DNA of 64,000 nt from the NCBI GenBank assembly GCA_051294375.1, contig JBJCIZ010001671.1, positions 22,512-86,511 on the forward strand. The letters run 5' to 3'. This document shows positions 1 to 13,900 of this stretch, in pieces. Source of the stretch: Paraspadella gotoi. Taxonomy: Eukaryota; Animalia; Chaetognatha. Under the pieces are notes generated by a model. That model was not told the origin of the DNA. It worked only from the letters and a program-made list of their open reading frames with translations, and searched no databases. The position numbers and the translations under genes are program-made. Position 1 is the stretch's first letter; each line of letters opens with the position of its first letter.

Positions 1-271
1 TAACCTTGTATATTATAGTTGTTCTGTTACATTAAAACATCTCAATGCTTAACTATGTATGATAAATAACTTTAATATGTTAAGTATGTAAATGAATAAT
101 TTTAGTATTAAAATATACTAATAAATGATAAAATGTTAGAATATCCTAGTCCAATTTGTGATATATACATAGGATTATACTATGAATTGGTACAACCAAT
201 ATGACATCATAATTCACTTTGTGAATTTTACTAAACACAAGTAGATGCAACCTGTTGTTTCTAAAACTCTC

Positions 272-1036
272 TTTTACGAAATAACTATCTTTTATATTAC
301 GAGGAAATCCAGCTTCTCTATCTTTTCTCCCAATGCTCTTTTGTTCTTTATTACTGACATAGAAAATGCCTCCGTTCTAGCGATCGCAACGACATCTTTA
401 GGCTCTTTCTTTTGTTTATACTTAAGTACAGATTTCCGAAGGCAGTGTACAGCTGATTCTGATTGGTGCCCGTGATTTCGATAGATTTCGATTAAGATTC
501 TAATCGAATTCTGGCCACGTGGTATCTTCAGATTCAGTTGTCACTGGGTTTTTAGTTCTTTTCAGAGCATTAGAAACTCTATTTAGATATCTCGGAATCT
601 TATTTTTTGTGTGATCGCTGGTTTGGTGGACTTTTTTATGAGAGAAGCATCTCTTTTTGGTTAATATTGGCTTCAGAAACAAGTAAGAAAGACAATTTAA
701 AATTATATATATTTGCTGAGTTTGTACTAAATGTTTTGTTATTCCTTGCCCAGGACTTCTAACTCAAGACTCTACAGACTCTACTACAGACTCAAGCTCT
801 TCTTCATCAGACATCACCGACACTTTGTCAAGTCCTGGGCTTCGTAGTTCGTCGTCATTTCGGCCTTAGCCGACGTCGTCTACTGAGACTTTGTCGTCGT
901 CATCTCCAGGGCGTCTTGACCGGCGCCATCGTCTCTTCTGCACCATTTATACCCGAATTCATTTCGTCTTCAATGCGCAGAATTAGTCCAGTCAGTTAGA
1001 ATTCAAGACGCCACTTCTCCGAACTTAGTTCAGGCA
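272..1036 (+). mobile_element. Isolated LTR (family A), copy 1
   Basis: Collinear with 25047-25829 and 7932-8698 (TTACGAAATAACTATC...GAAATCCAGCTTCTC...CTGATTGG...AACTTAGTTCA). Start T(T)TTACG, end ...GGCA. No TSD seen. Confidence 0.75.
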
Positions 1037-1574
1037 GTGATTTCTATCGAGGAATTTAGCAAAAAAAACACTTTTTTCAATATTGTTAGAATATTACCAA
1101 CAAAAATGATTAAATTTTAACTCTAAAACAAAGTTGGCTAGACTACGGATTAATTGAAATCCTCTGCTGCATTTTCTAATTAATAATCAATATCATTTTT
1201 GCTACTTTTAATAAAAAAAATCATGTCCATTTTTGTCCATTTTGACTTTTGTCTTGAGATTTGAATGCCAAGATTATTGAAGAAAGCTTTTTTACTCCGG
1301 CTTTCAGGTCCTTCTTATCTTCTTTACCTCTGAGTTGGTTCATTTGCGTTCCTTCTTATCTTTTTTACCTCTGAGTTGGTTTCATCTTTGATATTAATCA
1401 ACTATTGTTTGCCTATGAATTAATTTTTAAATTGACTAGTCAAAAACTTACATTTTTACATTTTATTACAATTTGTTAAACGAAAATACTTCAAAATGTC
1501 CACCAATTCTAATCAAAATATTCCCCTATTGTTGGTAAAAACATTTCAAAAAATATATAAAGCTTGCATTTTTA

Positions 1575-4092
1575 CTGTTGGACAGGCTAACTATACTAAT
1601 ATGGGGGTAGGGAATCTAATGGTAAGGTCAAAAACCGTCGCAAACCTCGATATCGCTTGGACTACCAGGCCTGACTGAATGAGCATTTTTAGCTTTTTTA
1701 GAGTTTCCCATAATTTTTGTAGTTTATTATTATCCAACTGAAATAAACAATAATTAATTAGTTTTTTTATCTTTTTTTACCATTTTAAAGTACAATTAAT
1801 GATTGTACTTTAGATTATTTTTTCTCTTCTCTAGCCCTGAAACGAGCATAATACCTAAAAAAGGGTTTTTTTTAAATTTTGCTTAAAAACTTTATTCTAT
1901 TTTTTTGTAATAATCTACTAATTTTAAATTTTGCAAACATTTAATTCAGAATAAGTAAAAAGTCTTTTGGTTTGTTTTGGCAATGGTAAAAGTTTTATTT
2001 ATCTTTCATAGTAAATTATGGACATGTTTTGAAAAGTCAATCTCATCAGCATAAATTTAAAAATTTTTGGAGAACATGGTTTGAGAAGAAAAAAAGAGGA
2101 GAAGAGAGGAGAGAGATGGAATGGTTTCCTTTTCAAACCATGTTCTCCAAAACTTTTAATTTGCACTGATGAAAAACTTCCTAGTAATTTACCAAGACCC
2201 TATTATCACACAGTATTATTTTTAATTTATTAAAAAGAAATTCATAATATTAAAGTAAAATTGATGAATAAAATTTCAAAGCTTCAGAATTGAGTCAGAT
2301 GTTAGGACAGGGAGAAAGTAGGGAAGGGAAGGAGAGTGAGTTAAATTTGAGATTGGGTTGAAAAAGGAGAGAGAGAGATCAATACATTTGGCAATGTACA
2401 ACAGTGAATAAAAATGAAAAACTAAAAGTAATCAAAGCCCTCGAACCCTCTTTGAAACCGTGGATGGAGGACAATTCAAACTCCCTTCAAGCTATGATTC
2501 GCTAATCAAAACTGTGGGAGCACCAACGCCACCTCAGCACACACGGTGATTCCCTTGTCCCCACTCAATGGGTCAGCGGAGATTTTCTAGCAGGCAATGA
2601 ACATCTGATGCCTCTCCTGAGGCCTGCAGCAACTTGGCACGACTTTTCTCGTGCTGAGCGCCGCCAAAACGACGGCTGCAAGGGGAGGGAGAGGAATCTG
2701 TATCTCCCGTTTCAAAACAGGCCAGAACAGACAACTGCCGCCTCACCATCAGGTGAGAGAGGGCTCTCGGCAGGGCCTATCAGGCCAGAGAGATATACGG
2801 AGTGGCACTTGGCATTTTTTCAGCCGGATCTTAGCCAGACCCGAACCAATCCCACTCCACCACAATATCCTCTCAGCCCATTACAGGCAATGAACCGAGC
2901 ATATCGTAAGAGTAATTGTCCTTCATTTGCCCTGCAGGGGTGGGGCCCAGGCTCATTTTGAGCCCTCTTCTCATCTTATTTTTTCTTCTTACAAACTACC
3001 TAGCTATCCCTCACCAACTTATTCTTCCACTTCATCATTTCATTCCTACTATTTAAACCAAATCTCACAACATCTTATTTATATTAACTTACTGTTACTT
3101 TCGTTTTTCACTTTATTCCATGTTATATATTGCCAAATAATTGATCTCTCTCTCTCTCTCTTTCTTTTTCAACCAATCTCAAATTCACTCACTCTCCTCC
3201 CTTTCCCTCAACTTTCTCCCTGTCCTAACATCTGACCACTGTCCTTCTACTCATCATCTTCTTTCGTGGAAACTCTCTCTCTCTCTCATCTCCTCTCAAT
3301 ATCTCCCTCCTTCTCTCTCTCCTTAAACCAATATAAAAAAATGTTTGTTGAATGTATCTTTTTAAGTACTGACTGACAGACTTCGAAACAGAGTCAAAAA
3401 CTTGTCCATTATATCACAAAAAATTAAAATGTGGTTAAAGCAGGAAAAAATTTCGTTTTTCCTCTAATATTTGTTTATTTAAAAATAAACAATAGTTTTG
3501 CGCCTTTGCATTGTGTTTAAAACCAAAATTATTTTTTATTTTCGTTTTTAAAATAAAAAACCGATTGGCATTGTTTTCGAGTAATCATTTTACTTCGAAA
3601 AAAATAATTGATATCAAAATTAACTCATGTGAAGTGAATAAAATTTAAAAGTTTTAATCTATGTTAAGATGAATAGCCAGAATTAGTTTCTCATATATTG
3701 AATATGATTTTTATACAATTTTAGTTTACAATCTTGATTGAACTTCCCTTTTAAGAGTGATATTGATAAAAGTAAAAACAGGATGGATGTGGAAAAATGC
3801 CGTCCTGGGCGCCTGTTTTGTTTTAAACTGTTACTGTCAAATTATATAAAATATTAAGAGTTCTATATCAAATAAAAGTGTGTATTTACTTTCTTTAGTT
3901 AAAAAAGATAATTTTGAATAGAATAATGATATTAAATCGTTTTTAAAATGGTGCGGGAAAAAATTGGGAAAATGCTCGTCAGGCCCGGTGGTAGTTCAAG
4001 CGGCTCGATTTCGACTAAATGGAGCAATTTCGCTCACCTCACATCAACATTTGCCCACCTCGAACTTGGTATTCTAAAAGCACTGTCCAACC
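1575..4092. repeat. Nested inverted-repeat (foldback-like) structure
   Basis: 2294-2431 is the reverse complement of 3094-3236 (GTCAGATGTTAGGACAGGGAGAAAG / CTTTCTCCCTGTCCTAACATCTGAC). 1575-1690 is an imperfect inverse of 3968-4092. GC-rich core at ~2440-2960. Confidence 0.65.
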
Positions 4093-5019
4093 ATTAAAAT
4101 ATATATTTGAGTCTTTTTGAACAGATGATTTACATGTTTATGTGTTTGTGCGTGGCTACGCCTAAAAAATCCTAGGGCAAATATTTAATACTTTAGCTGC
4201 AAAAAAAATTTTAAGCGCACTTACTTATAATCTCCATATTCACATGTGAGGGATTGTGCGAGGTGGCAGTTTATATTTGCGAACTTAAACTCGGTCTTCT
4301 TGACTATTATTTTATGTTTACATGCTGAGAAACATTACTAACAGTTGCGAATTAAAAAAAACCCGCCTTCTTTTATTCGAAAGGCGCGGAAGCAGTCGCC
4401 AAATAATTTCTCTCAATCGCAGGGTTTTTTGCGAGCAAAAAAATTTCCGCAACACAAATCTTCTGTCGAATTTTTTATAAATCTGTTAGGCACCAAATTC
4501 CCACTAAACATACATACCACCTACCCTAGATTTTTTTCTCTACATACTGTACATTTTAAGATTTTCATAACATCCAGCTGATATATGATGCAAAAAACAT
4601 TAGCTTGTGAGAATGCAGAAAAAGATTGAGATAGAGCAAGAGAAATAGGTTGAAAAAATTGAAGCTTGGAACAGGTGAGAGAGAAGAGTGGAAAGAAATA
4701 ACTATATTAGGGGACGAGGACGAGGGGGAAACCGAGAGACACATATTGTGAGAGAAAAAAAGATAAAGAAACAGGAGAAGAGAATCAGAGAAGGGAGAGG
4801 AAGAGAAAAACAGGAGAATAAGAGAAGCGGAAAAAATAAAGTTTAAGAGAAGAAAAGAAGGCAATGACCCAGAGAAATATGGGACAGGACAGAAAAGTAG
4901 GAGAAAGACAGAGAGAGAAATAGAGAGAGACAGACAGAAGGTTCAAGAGAGAGGAAAAAAGTTGAAAATTGAATGGAAAAATCTTAACATAAGCGATCCG
5001 AAGCCTGGATCGGACCACG

Positions 5020-5240
5020 CATGCATTGATGCATTGCATAACCAAATATTTGATGCGATGATAAGCCAATATTGATGCGATGATAACCAAGATAATTGAT
5101 GTGATGATAACCAAAGGATATGACATGTCGAGGACTGATAGTCACATATATTGATCGTGATGATAATCATTCATTGATGTTGATGATAATATTCATTGAT
5201 GTGCGATGATACATCATTGACCGCGATGGAATCATTCATC
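5020..5240. repeat. Degenerate minisatellite (TTGATGCGATGATAACCAA-type units)
   Basis: Repeated ATTGATG(C/T)GATGATAA motifs at ~20-30 bp spacing. Confidence 0.7.
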
Positions 5241-6580
5241 TGTAAATAAAACAAACAAATGCGGATGTATATGATGATGAGAAGAGAGAGTGAAGTGCCT
5301 GATCATTTTTACAGTCTCGTTTTAATAAGAATATCAGAAATTTTTAGGGAAAAAAACTTCACGATAAAATCCCATCGGATGTCAACTTTTGGAAACTTGA
5401 TGCTTATTTTGAGAAAACAAGCGCGGAATAAATGGCCCGAGGCATACATAGGAAAGAAAAAAAAAGCAGAGAGAAAGAGAGACGATCTAGAGAGAGAGAC
5501 TCCGGACCGACCGATCTGAACCTCGTTTTTCGACAACTGAGCCTCAGGTTCAGTGGCACGACTCTTTTCCTTCACTCTGAACAAATGTTTTTAATATTGA
5601 ATTGAAATTTTAGATAGTTCTTCTATTTTAAGAAGAAAATCCAGACACAGTAGGTTCAAAATTTCAAATATTTGCATATTAACTAATCTATAATAATATT
5701 CTATCCCAACTCAAATAACCTTATTATTTTTAAAAACAAAGCATTAAAATTGATTAAATATATAGACTAAAAAAATTTTACAGAATTTTAAAATATGTAA
5801 AATTATCAGAATAATACACATACGAAGTAATGCTTTAATTGACATATATCTCTCTTCTCAACCTCCTATTTTAGATATAATTGCCAATAGTCGGGCCAAC
5901 CTGGTCCCAATGTAGTTCCTTCATCACTAGTAATAACCAAAAACAAAAAAAATTATTATATTTATTAAAGACAAAATGTATACAATATTACTATCTGCAA
6001 TTCAAATGTAAATTCCTCCGCGTCAATTGTCGCGGAACATATAGCAGGTATTTTGCTTACAAGGCAGCAAGTGAGATATGTGACATCTGCCTCTGCATTA
6101 AGTACAAGTTATTTCTTCCCTTTTTCTTACCAAAATGAATCCACGAAATCTCGGCATGTAAAACTGGGATTTTGTATTAAGAAAAAAACAAATAAAGTTT
6201 TAGAAGAAAAAACATAATAAGAATTTTTCAAAAAACGAACGATCGTTCATAGAAAGAGATGAAGAGAAAGATAGAGAACGAGAGGAAGAGAGAGACGCAG
6301 AAAGAAGCTGACAGAGCCGGAACTCGTTTACTCGTTTACTCGTTGACCTAATGACGCACCGGCACCTGTGAAAAACATAAAGTCGACTCAAAAACTTAAA
6401 AACAAAAAAACAAAAAAAGAGATCAGAGAGGAGATCGACTGAGAGAGATAACGATTAGTATGATGAGAGAGAGAGAGAGAGAGCTCCGGACACTCTCGTT
6501 TAATCCGTCTTACCTGTCGGCCCAGTGATGGTGGTGAAAAAAAAAGTGGCCTAAAAAATTATTTTTGTAAAAAAAAAGAG

Positions 6581-6616
<36 letters not shown>

Positions 6617-7931
6617 TAGAGAGAAAGAGGAGAGAGAGAGAGGAGAGAGCCGAACTCGTTTTACTTGTTTACTCGTTCGACCTCTGTGCACCCGTGGTGA
6701 CAAAAAAAGTTATACAATTCTTTTTGATAAAAAAAAGACGGAGAGAGCAGAGAGAGAGAAGAGAGCAGATTCTGGAACGAGATTCGCGTCAATCGTGGGC
6801 CGACATCCAGACCCATCCTCGCGTCGTGCAATCCGCGCTTCCCAGGCTCGTCCCCTGGGTCGTTCGCTGCCAATCCTTACCTTTTTCTAGCCTCGGGATC
6901 GCTTTCGGGTTCGAAGTGCACTATCGCCTTACTCCTTATTAGACAAATTTTACTCATTTTTAATTATTCTTAACAACTATTCTCTTTAGAGCCATGTAAT
7001 TCCATCTGGTAGAATAATTATTAACCAATTTTTCTTTTTGTTAACAATAACAAGTAAAATTTTACATGAAAAATTGTGAAGATGTAAGGAATCGTTGAGT
7101 GGAAATTAAATTTAAATTAAATAAAACCTGTTTCATATTTGCTTTTTTTTTATTAAATTGTAAATACAAGCGTGCATTAATTATTTAATAATCAATTAAT
7201 TAATCATCAATCAATAATAATCAACTAATCAATCAAAAATTAATGAATGCAATTTTTTATTTATCAAGTAATTTAATTAATCAATTATTAACAATCAACT
7301 AATTTAATAAATTTATTATCAAATTTAAATTATTTTAAAAGAACCAATTATTAAGTTAATCATATGAATTAATCAATTAAACAATGTCAGTATTAACATT
7401 GTCGTCATCTCCAACTTCCGTTTTCTTTGCTTTTGTCTGGTCTAGTGGACCTGAAAGGAAAAGATACCTAAAAAAACTAACAGGCCTGATATGAATTTCA
7501 TTTCAATTGATCAATCAAATTATTCTTTTAATCCCATGACCGGTGTTCTTCCTCGTCATCATCATTCATTGGTCGTTCATTTTTTTTTTCATAATTATAT
7601 AATAATAAAAACGAAAAAACGAACAAGCAAAAATGATAAAAATAAAACAACTAGTATTTACATTAGGTAGCCATAATCTAAGGGTGGTATAACAGGTCAT
7701 TCTTATTACCACTACTTACTACGGGGTCGTCGTTCGTCATTGTATTCGTCGGTCGTTGTCGTCAGTTTTGTTCAAAGTCATTTGAGCTGCCAAATGTTCG
7801 ATTGTTATTCTTTTAATTATAATATTGTTAATTAATTAAATAATTTATATTTTTTCAACTAATTAATTAAATTAATTAGATAATGATGCTTGGGCAGATC
7901 CTGATTGTGCTCAAACTTTATTATTAATAAT

Positions 7932-8698
7932 TGTTACGTAATACATGATCAATATATTACGAGAAATTTCCAGCTTCTCTACCTTTTCCCACACTGTTCT
8001 TTGTTTCCCCTTACTAACGCAAGGAATATTCCGTTTCTCTGGCGATCACAGCGACATCTCTACGTTTCGATATGTTATTAAAGTATATACTTAAGTACAA
8101 GTTTCGAGGGCTGCGTGGCAGGCTCTGATTGGTTGCCGCCGTTTCGATAGATCTTCAGTCATGATTTACTATCGACGTTTGCCTTTCAGACTTCAACTTA
8201 GTCTCACACTGCGTTTTGCTACTTTTTTAATAAGTTTTCAACAATTCGCATAATAGATATTCTCGGGAACACGCTTTTTTAATAATAAGTTTTGTGTATG
8301 CTGGATTGGTGGATTTCTTCTGTGATAGAAGCAACATTTTACATTTGTCTTCAGAACAAGTAAGAATCTCTTTAAAATTTATATATATATTTCTGAGTGT
8401 TGTATTAAATGTTTGTTCCCTTTGCCCAGGATTTCTAACTTTAGCTTCAAGAGGCTCTTTAGTTCAGAGAAGAATCCTGGATTCGCATCGACCTTGATCG
8501 TCGCCTTGCGTCGTACGATTCATCTTTTGCCGAGGACTTTTAGTCGTCAGCCCATTCTTGAGTAGTGGACCCCGGTGCTCATTGTCTCTCTGCGCCATCT
8601 TCTCGATTTCTCCCTACTTTTTGGTACGCCGCAGAATTATGTTCAGGAAAAGTTTAGCGAAATCCCAACGATAGCCACCTCCCTAACGACGTTCAGTA
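7932..8698 (+). mobile_element. Isolated LTR (family A), copy 2, more diverged
   Basis: Starts TGTTACG. Same internal blocks as 272-1036 and 25047-25829, including CAGAACAAGTAAG...TGCCCAGG. Confidence 0.7.
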
Positions 8699-8699
8699 T

Positions 8700-10560
8700 C
8701 GATTTACATAATTTGCGGATCCTAATACGTTCCAGCGTTTGCAGCGTTGGAATACTCGCCCACGAATCGGTTCTTCCGTAATCTGCCGCGGTTTTACTCC
8801 CTTGTATTCTTCCCGGGGATTCTTCAACCGGAGAAGAAGAACCGGACGGAGCGCTTCGGTCTGCTGTGCGGCCTGGATTCTAGCGAATCGACGTTTCCTA
8901 TCATCCGAAGGAGATCTAGCCTATTCTTGAGTACGCATACCGAAGCGGACGGTAAGGGGTTTTACGGATGCCTTTGTGTACGTGACTTTGCCGACGAGTG
9001 GACCCCGTCGGATAGCGACCCGGAGATCCGGACGATCGGTCTGCGGGTCATTACTTTTCCGTTGATAAAATTCCCGGTCGCTCCATGTCCTGCCGATACA
9101 ATGGGGTGCCAGTGAACCTGAATTGAGGGAGGATGGCGTGGTAGAAATTCGCCGATTCAGTTGATTTCACGATATCTGCACTTTCCTCCTCTTCACTCAC
9201 ATCTCTCTCGCACCCGCGCGGCGACGGAGTAATCGCAATTTACGTCGTCGGGAGTGAAACTTATCCTGGATTTCTACGACCCGACGTACGCGAATTGCAC
9301 CGCCTCGCATCGGGAGGCTGACGACCTGAAGAGTCAGCGATAGATGAAGGATAAAAACAGGCAGCGCCTCATCGTGATCATTCGAGGATTGCGCTGCGTC
9401 GTGTCGAAGCAACCCTCGGAGATGTCGAAAACCTCTTAAGGACTTCGCCTTTTCGGCACGTTGTCTCTGTTGAGCATGACTGTTATCGTTAGCTTGTAAG
9501 ACGATACATCAGAGGCTCGCCTTTAACGGGCTCTCAAGTATCGAAAAAGAGAAATATGATACTTCGCCGAAGTGACAAACTATTTGCGCAGGACCACCAA
9601 AATTACACCTTCCGAATATGCTTAGAATCTCACCTTCTTCAAATCGTCGTACAGTTTTCTTATTCTCTCCTGCCTCCAGCCGTGTACTCCTTTAGGAATG
9701 CCACGACTTTCTTCCATTCGGCCTCTCATACGATCGACAGAAGCGGTCGAGGCGTCTATGCGGGTCTCGTTTTGAACCGCGCAAGGCACTCCGAGCGCAA
9801 GAAACATCCTCCGGAAGCCAACCGCGGATATTGCACGTATATCAAAAAGCACTACGACCGCATCCGTTCTTCGCCGATATCTTAGGGCACGTTCTGGAAC
9901 GACGAGCGCGGATGGAAGGCTTTTGGCTCGGACTTCCTTAATCGCGCTCCACAACATCCTTGGGGCGCAGCGCCCTTACTCGTATCTCACGGGTCTAACT
10001 GCATGATCGGACGCGTGCCATCCACGGATAGAAGCATATCGTCGAATCGGATCTCTCCGTTCGCCGGCAGGCGACGCGGATACACAGGTTTAAGCAGTTG
10101 CCGGAGAGCTACGGAGATTCCCGCAAAAAGGGAATCCAGTTTTCGGCTGCACCAAGGATCCTGACGGACTGGACTTCGTGGCGTCCATCCCGGCCGTCTC
10201 TCATGCCTCCGCTCGTCTCCTGAAGGATTGATGGATGAATCTACCGCTCCCTCTTTGTCCTGTTCAGACGAGTCGAAAAACCGGCTGTCATAGTAGCTTA
10301 ACAAGCGACACTGAACGGAAATAATAATCATCCAGCCCATTTACGATAATGCTTTCTCGACATGCCGCAGCATGCACACGAGCCGATGTGGAGGCCTTTA
10401 GGTCCGGAAAGTGGAACTGCCGCGCGTAACCCGGAACGACGATCAGGAGCTACATAGCTTTACGCATCGCTGATTTAACCGACACCTGAGGACACAACCC
10501 AGGAACTCGCACCAACCCCGCTACCATGAACTGACGAAGACTTTACTCACGTCACGAGGG
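8700..10560 (-). pseudogene. Degenerate BEL/Pao pol fragment (RNase H end and integrase)
   Basis: Frameshifted minus-strand motifs in BEL order: W.H.P-like (~10410), RAVHLE-like 'GAIRV' and RRG (~9300-9220), W.F.P..A.H.GG-like (~9100), 'LESRP' = LNSRP (~8875), 'EY.PTLQ' (~8750). Confidence 0.55.
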
Positions 10561-10917
10561 CGTTCATCGAAGGATGTGGAATGCCGACACAGATTTTTCG
10601 GAAACTATTCTTTCGACTTTCATTGAAGTGTGCTCGTCGAATTGAGAGAGAATGGCGTGAGAAGACGAACGATTAGCTAACGCTCACCGACTTGTCCGAA
10701 TCTGCAGCATATGATGACGAGACGGTGAAATAGGAACAAAAGAGTAAACATCCTCATAGACATTTGCAAAGAGATCAGCACGAGACTAGTTTGGCGAAGG
10801 CCCGAGAGAGACCTGGAATAGACGACACGTGAGCGCTGGGCTTAATACTAAACAAAGAGACGAACGGGAACGAAAGGAAATTAACTAAGGGTACAGGAAA
10901 GGGCATCAGACAGTGCA

Positions 10918-13900
10918 ATCCCCCCGGTTAGAGCCCTCTCTTCAATCAGCTCGTAGGCGGGCACGTTCAGATTAAAAGCCTGCGACTCCTCCGCCAGCGT
11001 ATACCGACAAACGATTCATCATCGTGAATTCGCCGGCTGGCGGTCTCAACGAAGTCACGGCAAGACCGCGTGACGTCAAGGCAAAATGCAGATCAAGGAG
11101 CAACAAGCCGCGGCGCTCATCCTCGGTTAAAGCGGGATCCGTCCGACGAGAGGTCGAAGAGCGGCTTGGGCCGTGGCGAGCCGGGAGCTCGATGACAGCG
11201 TGCCCTCGCCCGTCGCATCCGTCGATATGGCATATCCACCAGGCAACTCTTGGAGTCAATTCGCACGTTTTATGGGAAAACTTGTGGATCAAGGACAACG
11301 TCGTGAAGGCGGCGGGAGAAAGGAGAAGCGGGTCACACTTCGGCCTGCCCGCCGTCCTCATAACACGCCCGCCACTACGATGCCGGTTGGATGAAGAACA
11401 CCCACGCGCCCGGGTACTACCGCTGCGGGAGAGACCAGTCGAAAGCGCCGGCTATTAAGAAAAGAAGACGTGTGAGCCTCAATAAATGCGCGAATACACG
11501 GCTATACAGCAAGAAACGGTTATCACGGCATCGGCAGCGCCAAATCTTCGATCCCGGGCCAGTTCTTGAAACGGCGCCGGTCGGCCGCTCAGCTGCGATC
11601 GCCGACGGGCTTTCTTGGAATTTCAAGCCCAGACTCTCGCCTTCCCAAATGCTTCAGCCACAACGCCAAAGAACAAAGTCGACGGAAAATGCGTCACGAT
11701 TGGACTGTGAGGTTAACTTCGAGACTTTCAGTGGCGTCTGTGCGTGGAGGGCCGCCACTGTCCCATGAAGTTGAAGGAGCTTACCCCACTGGGTTCGACT
11801 GTCTTCCCAAGCGATCCGTGACGTTTCCTTACGCAATCGGAACGCCTACCGCGGCTCTTGCGGAGCCCTTCTCGTCCTCAAGAAGAAGTGGGGATGAAGC
11901 GGACGACGTGCAGGATGAGATGATATAAGAGATTCCTGACGGGCCCAAGACTCTGATCGAAAGGAGCTCAGGCAGGTTCACCATTGCGTTGTTGTTACCT
12001 TGCAGCAGGTTACCTCTTGCAAGGGAGACCGACCGACTTGCGGACCTCGGACCGGGCGGCCTCATGGCGGATCTCCTATCGAAGCGGATGCACATTTAAC
12101 ATAGTGGGGCGAAAAAGGGTTTGTTTACAGACAGTATCACCATTGGATGACTGAGCTCTTTCTTTAGTTGATTTCTTGTCGTTTCTTGCCATTAACCAGA
12201 GGTTCTCGACGATTAGACCGCCGGGCGAAAACATCCAAGACGCCGCGAACGACGAGGAGAGAAGCCGAAAGACGACGGCAGAAGTTGTCAACGTCGGCGT
12301 TCGTGCAGGGAAAGGCATCCGAGGAATGAAGAGAAAGCTTCGGTCGCCGCCGCTTCAGTTCCAGAAATGCCGGAGCGCGGTTTTCAAAGCCAGCGTCGTC
12401 GTCAGCGTCTATGCCGTCGAGAGCTCCGCGGTGCCTTGCCCACATTGCGAGGGGCCGCCATTACCTGCGCAGCTGGACAAGTTAGCGATTGAAGCCCGGC
12501 CGATCCCCGCAAGTTTTGCGCTCTCAGTCTGCGCTGCTTCAACTGCTTGGGAAGCGGTCATCGACGCTAATTTGCCCTACAAAGAGCCGTTGCTTTTGTA
12601 GCTGGACATCATCATCCGCTTCTACATGGTCGGACGTAGGGACCACGTCAGAGGAGCGAGGCTTCAAAGCACTCAGGCAAATAACGTGTTTCGAGTAGCA
12701 GCGGGAGAAATGGAAAGTTCTGACGCCGCCGCCGATAAGACGGGGCATCCGACCGTCGAGCGACCAGACCGCGTGACGTATGCCGAGTAGCCGCGGGCGG
12801 ATGGGCACGTGTACCGCCCAGTAGGATGGGCCATATGATCTCGTTGGTCGACGACGCATTTCCACCTACGCGTTATTGGATAGGGGGAAGTAACAAGTCG
12901 TCATTAACGTCATCTCGCGAAGCGATGAATCTTCCGCTTAGTCACTGTGAATTTGAAATTGACAACTCTCGGCTTCTGAGTCTACACTCCCTAGAGCCAA
13001 TGGTGAAAAAGGATGGAGATTATCTTTCAGTTGACGGCGCTTTCGATACTGGACCTTGAGGAAGTTCCTCGCCGTGAATCTTTGTCTTCGGAAGATTGAT
13101 GCACCTCCGATCTCAGGAGGAGATTTCTTCTTTTTTCATCTTGTGGATGTCGAGATTCGTCTCTTGAAACTCAAGGGAAATCGGATGATTCTATCTGCCC
13201 GAATATACTGGACTATGGGAGGGGTGAAATACGCCGTGGAGTAAGGATGCCCCCATTGCGTTCAGACTGAATGGGGGATGGACCATCGGGTCGGCCCACG
13301 CGGCCAAGGTCGTCGAGGCTCGGACCGTGGGAATTCGACCAGCGTTACCTGTCACTCGTCGATTGCGTCGAGCATTGTACGGTACTCGAGCTCGCAAAAA
13401 TTCAAACGTCTCTCTTTGTAAGCGGATTTCCTCCGGCTGCCATCAGCCGAGCTCAACAAGCGTGCAAGATTGACTTCGCTTTATGGAGCAGTTGCGGTCG
13501 ACCGATTGCTTCGGATGAAGACATCGGACATGGGAGAGTCGGGGCTTCCAATTGAGGGAAGGCGGCGGGAAAAAGGCTGCCGGGATCTCAACAAATGCAA
13601 TTCGTCGGAGATGGCCCAGCGGATAGAACAGGCTTTGAAAGCTACTGTGCAAGGATGCGGCAAGCCGCTCGCAAAGAAGGAGTCTTCAAAACATTTTCCT
13701 AGGGAATATTTCGACGAAGGTCATGACTAATTCGTTATGATGATTCCCTCAGTCCGGAACGGATAACCCATTATGGTGTTTGCCCACATTTAATAGCGCA
13801 ACTCAGAGTAAGTACAACCGGGCAAGTTTCTGCAGTTTGCCATGATTAAGTACTTTGCGACGGAATCAGCCCTCACATGATCAACTCTCACCGCGGCCCG

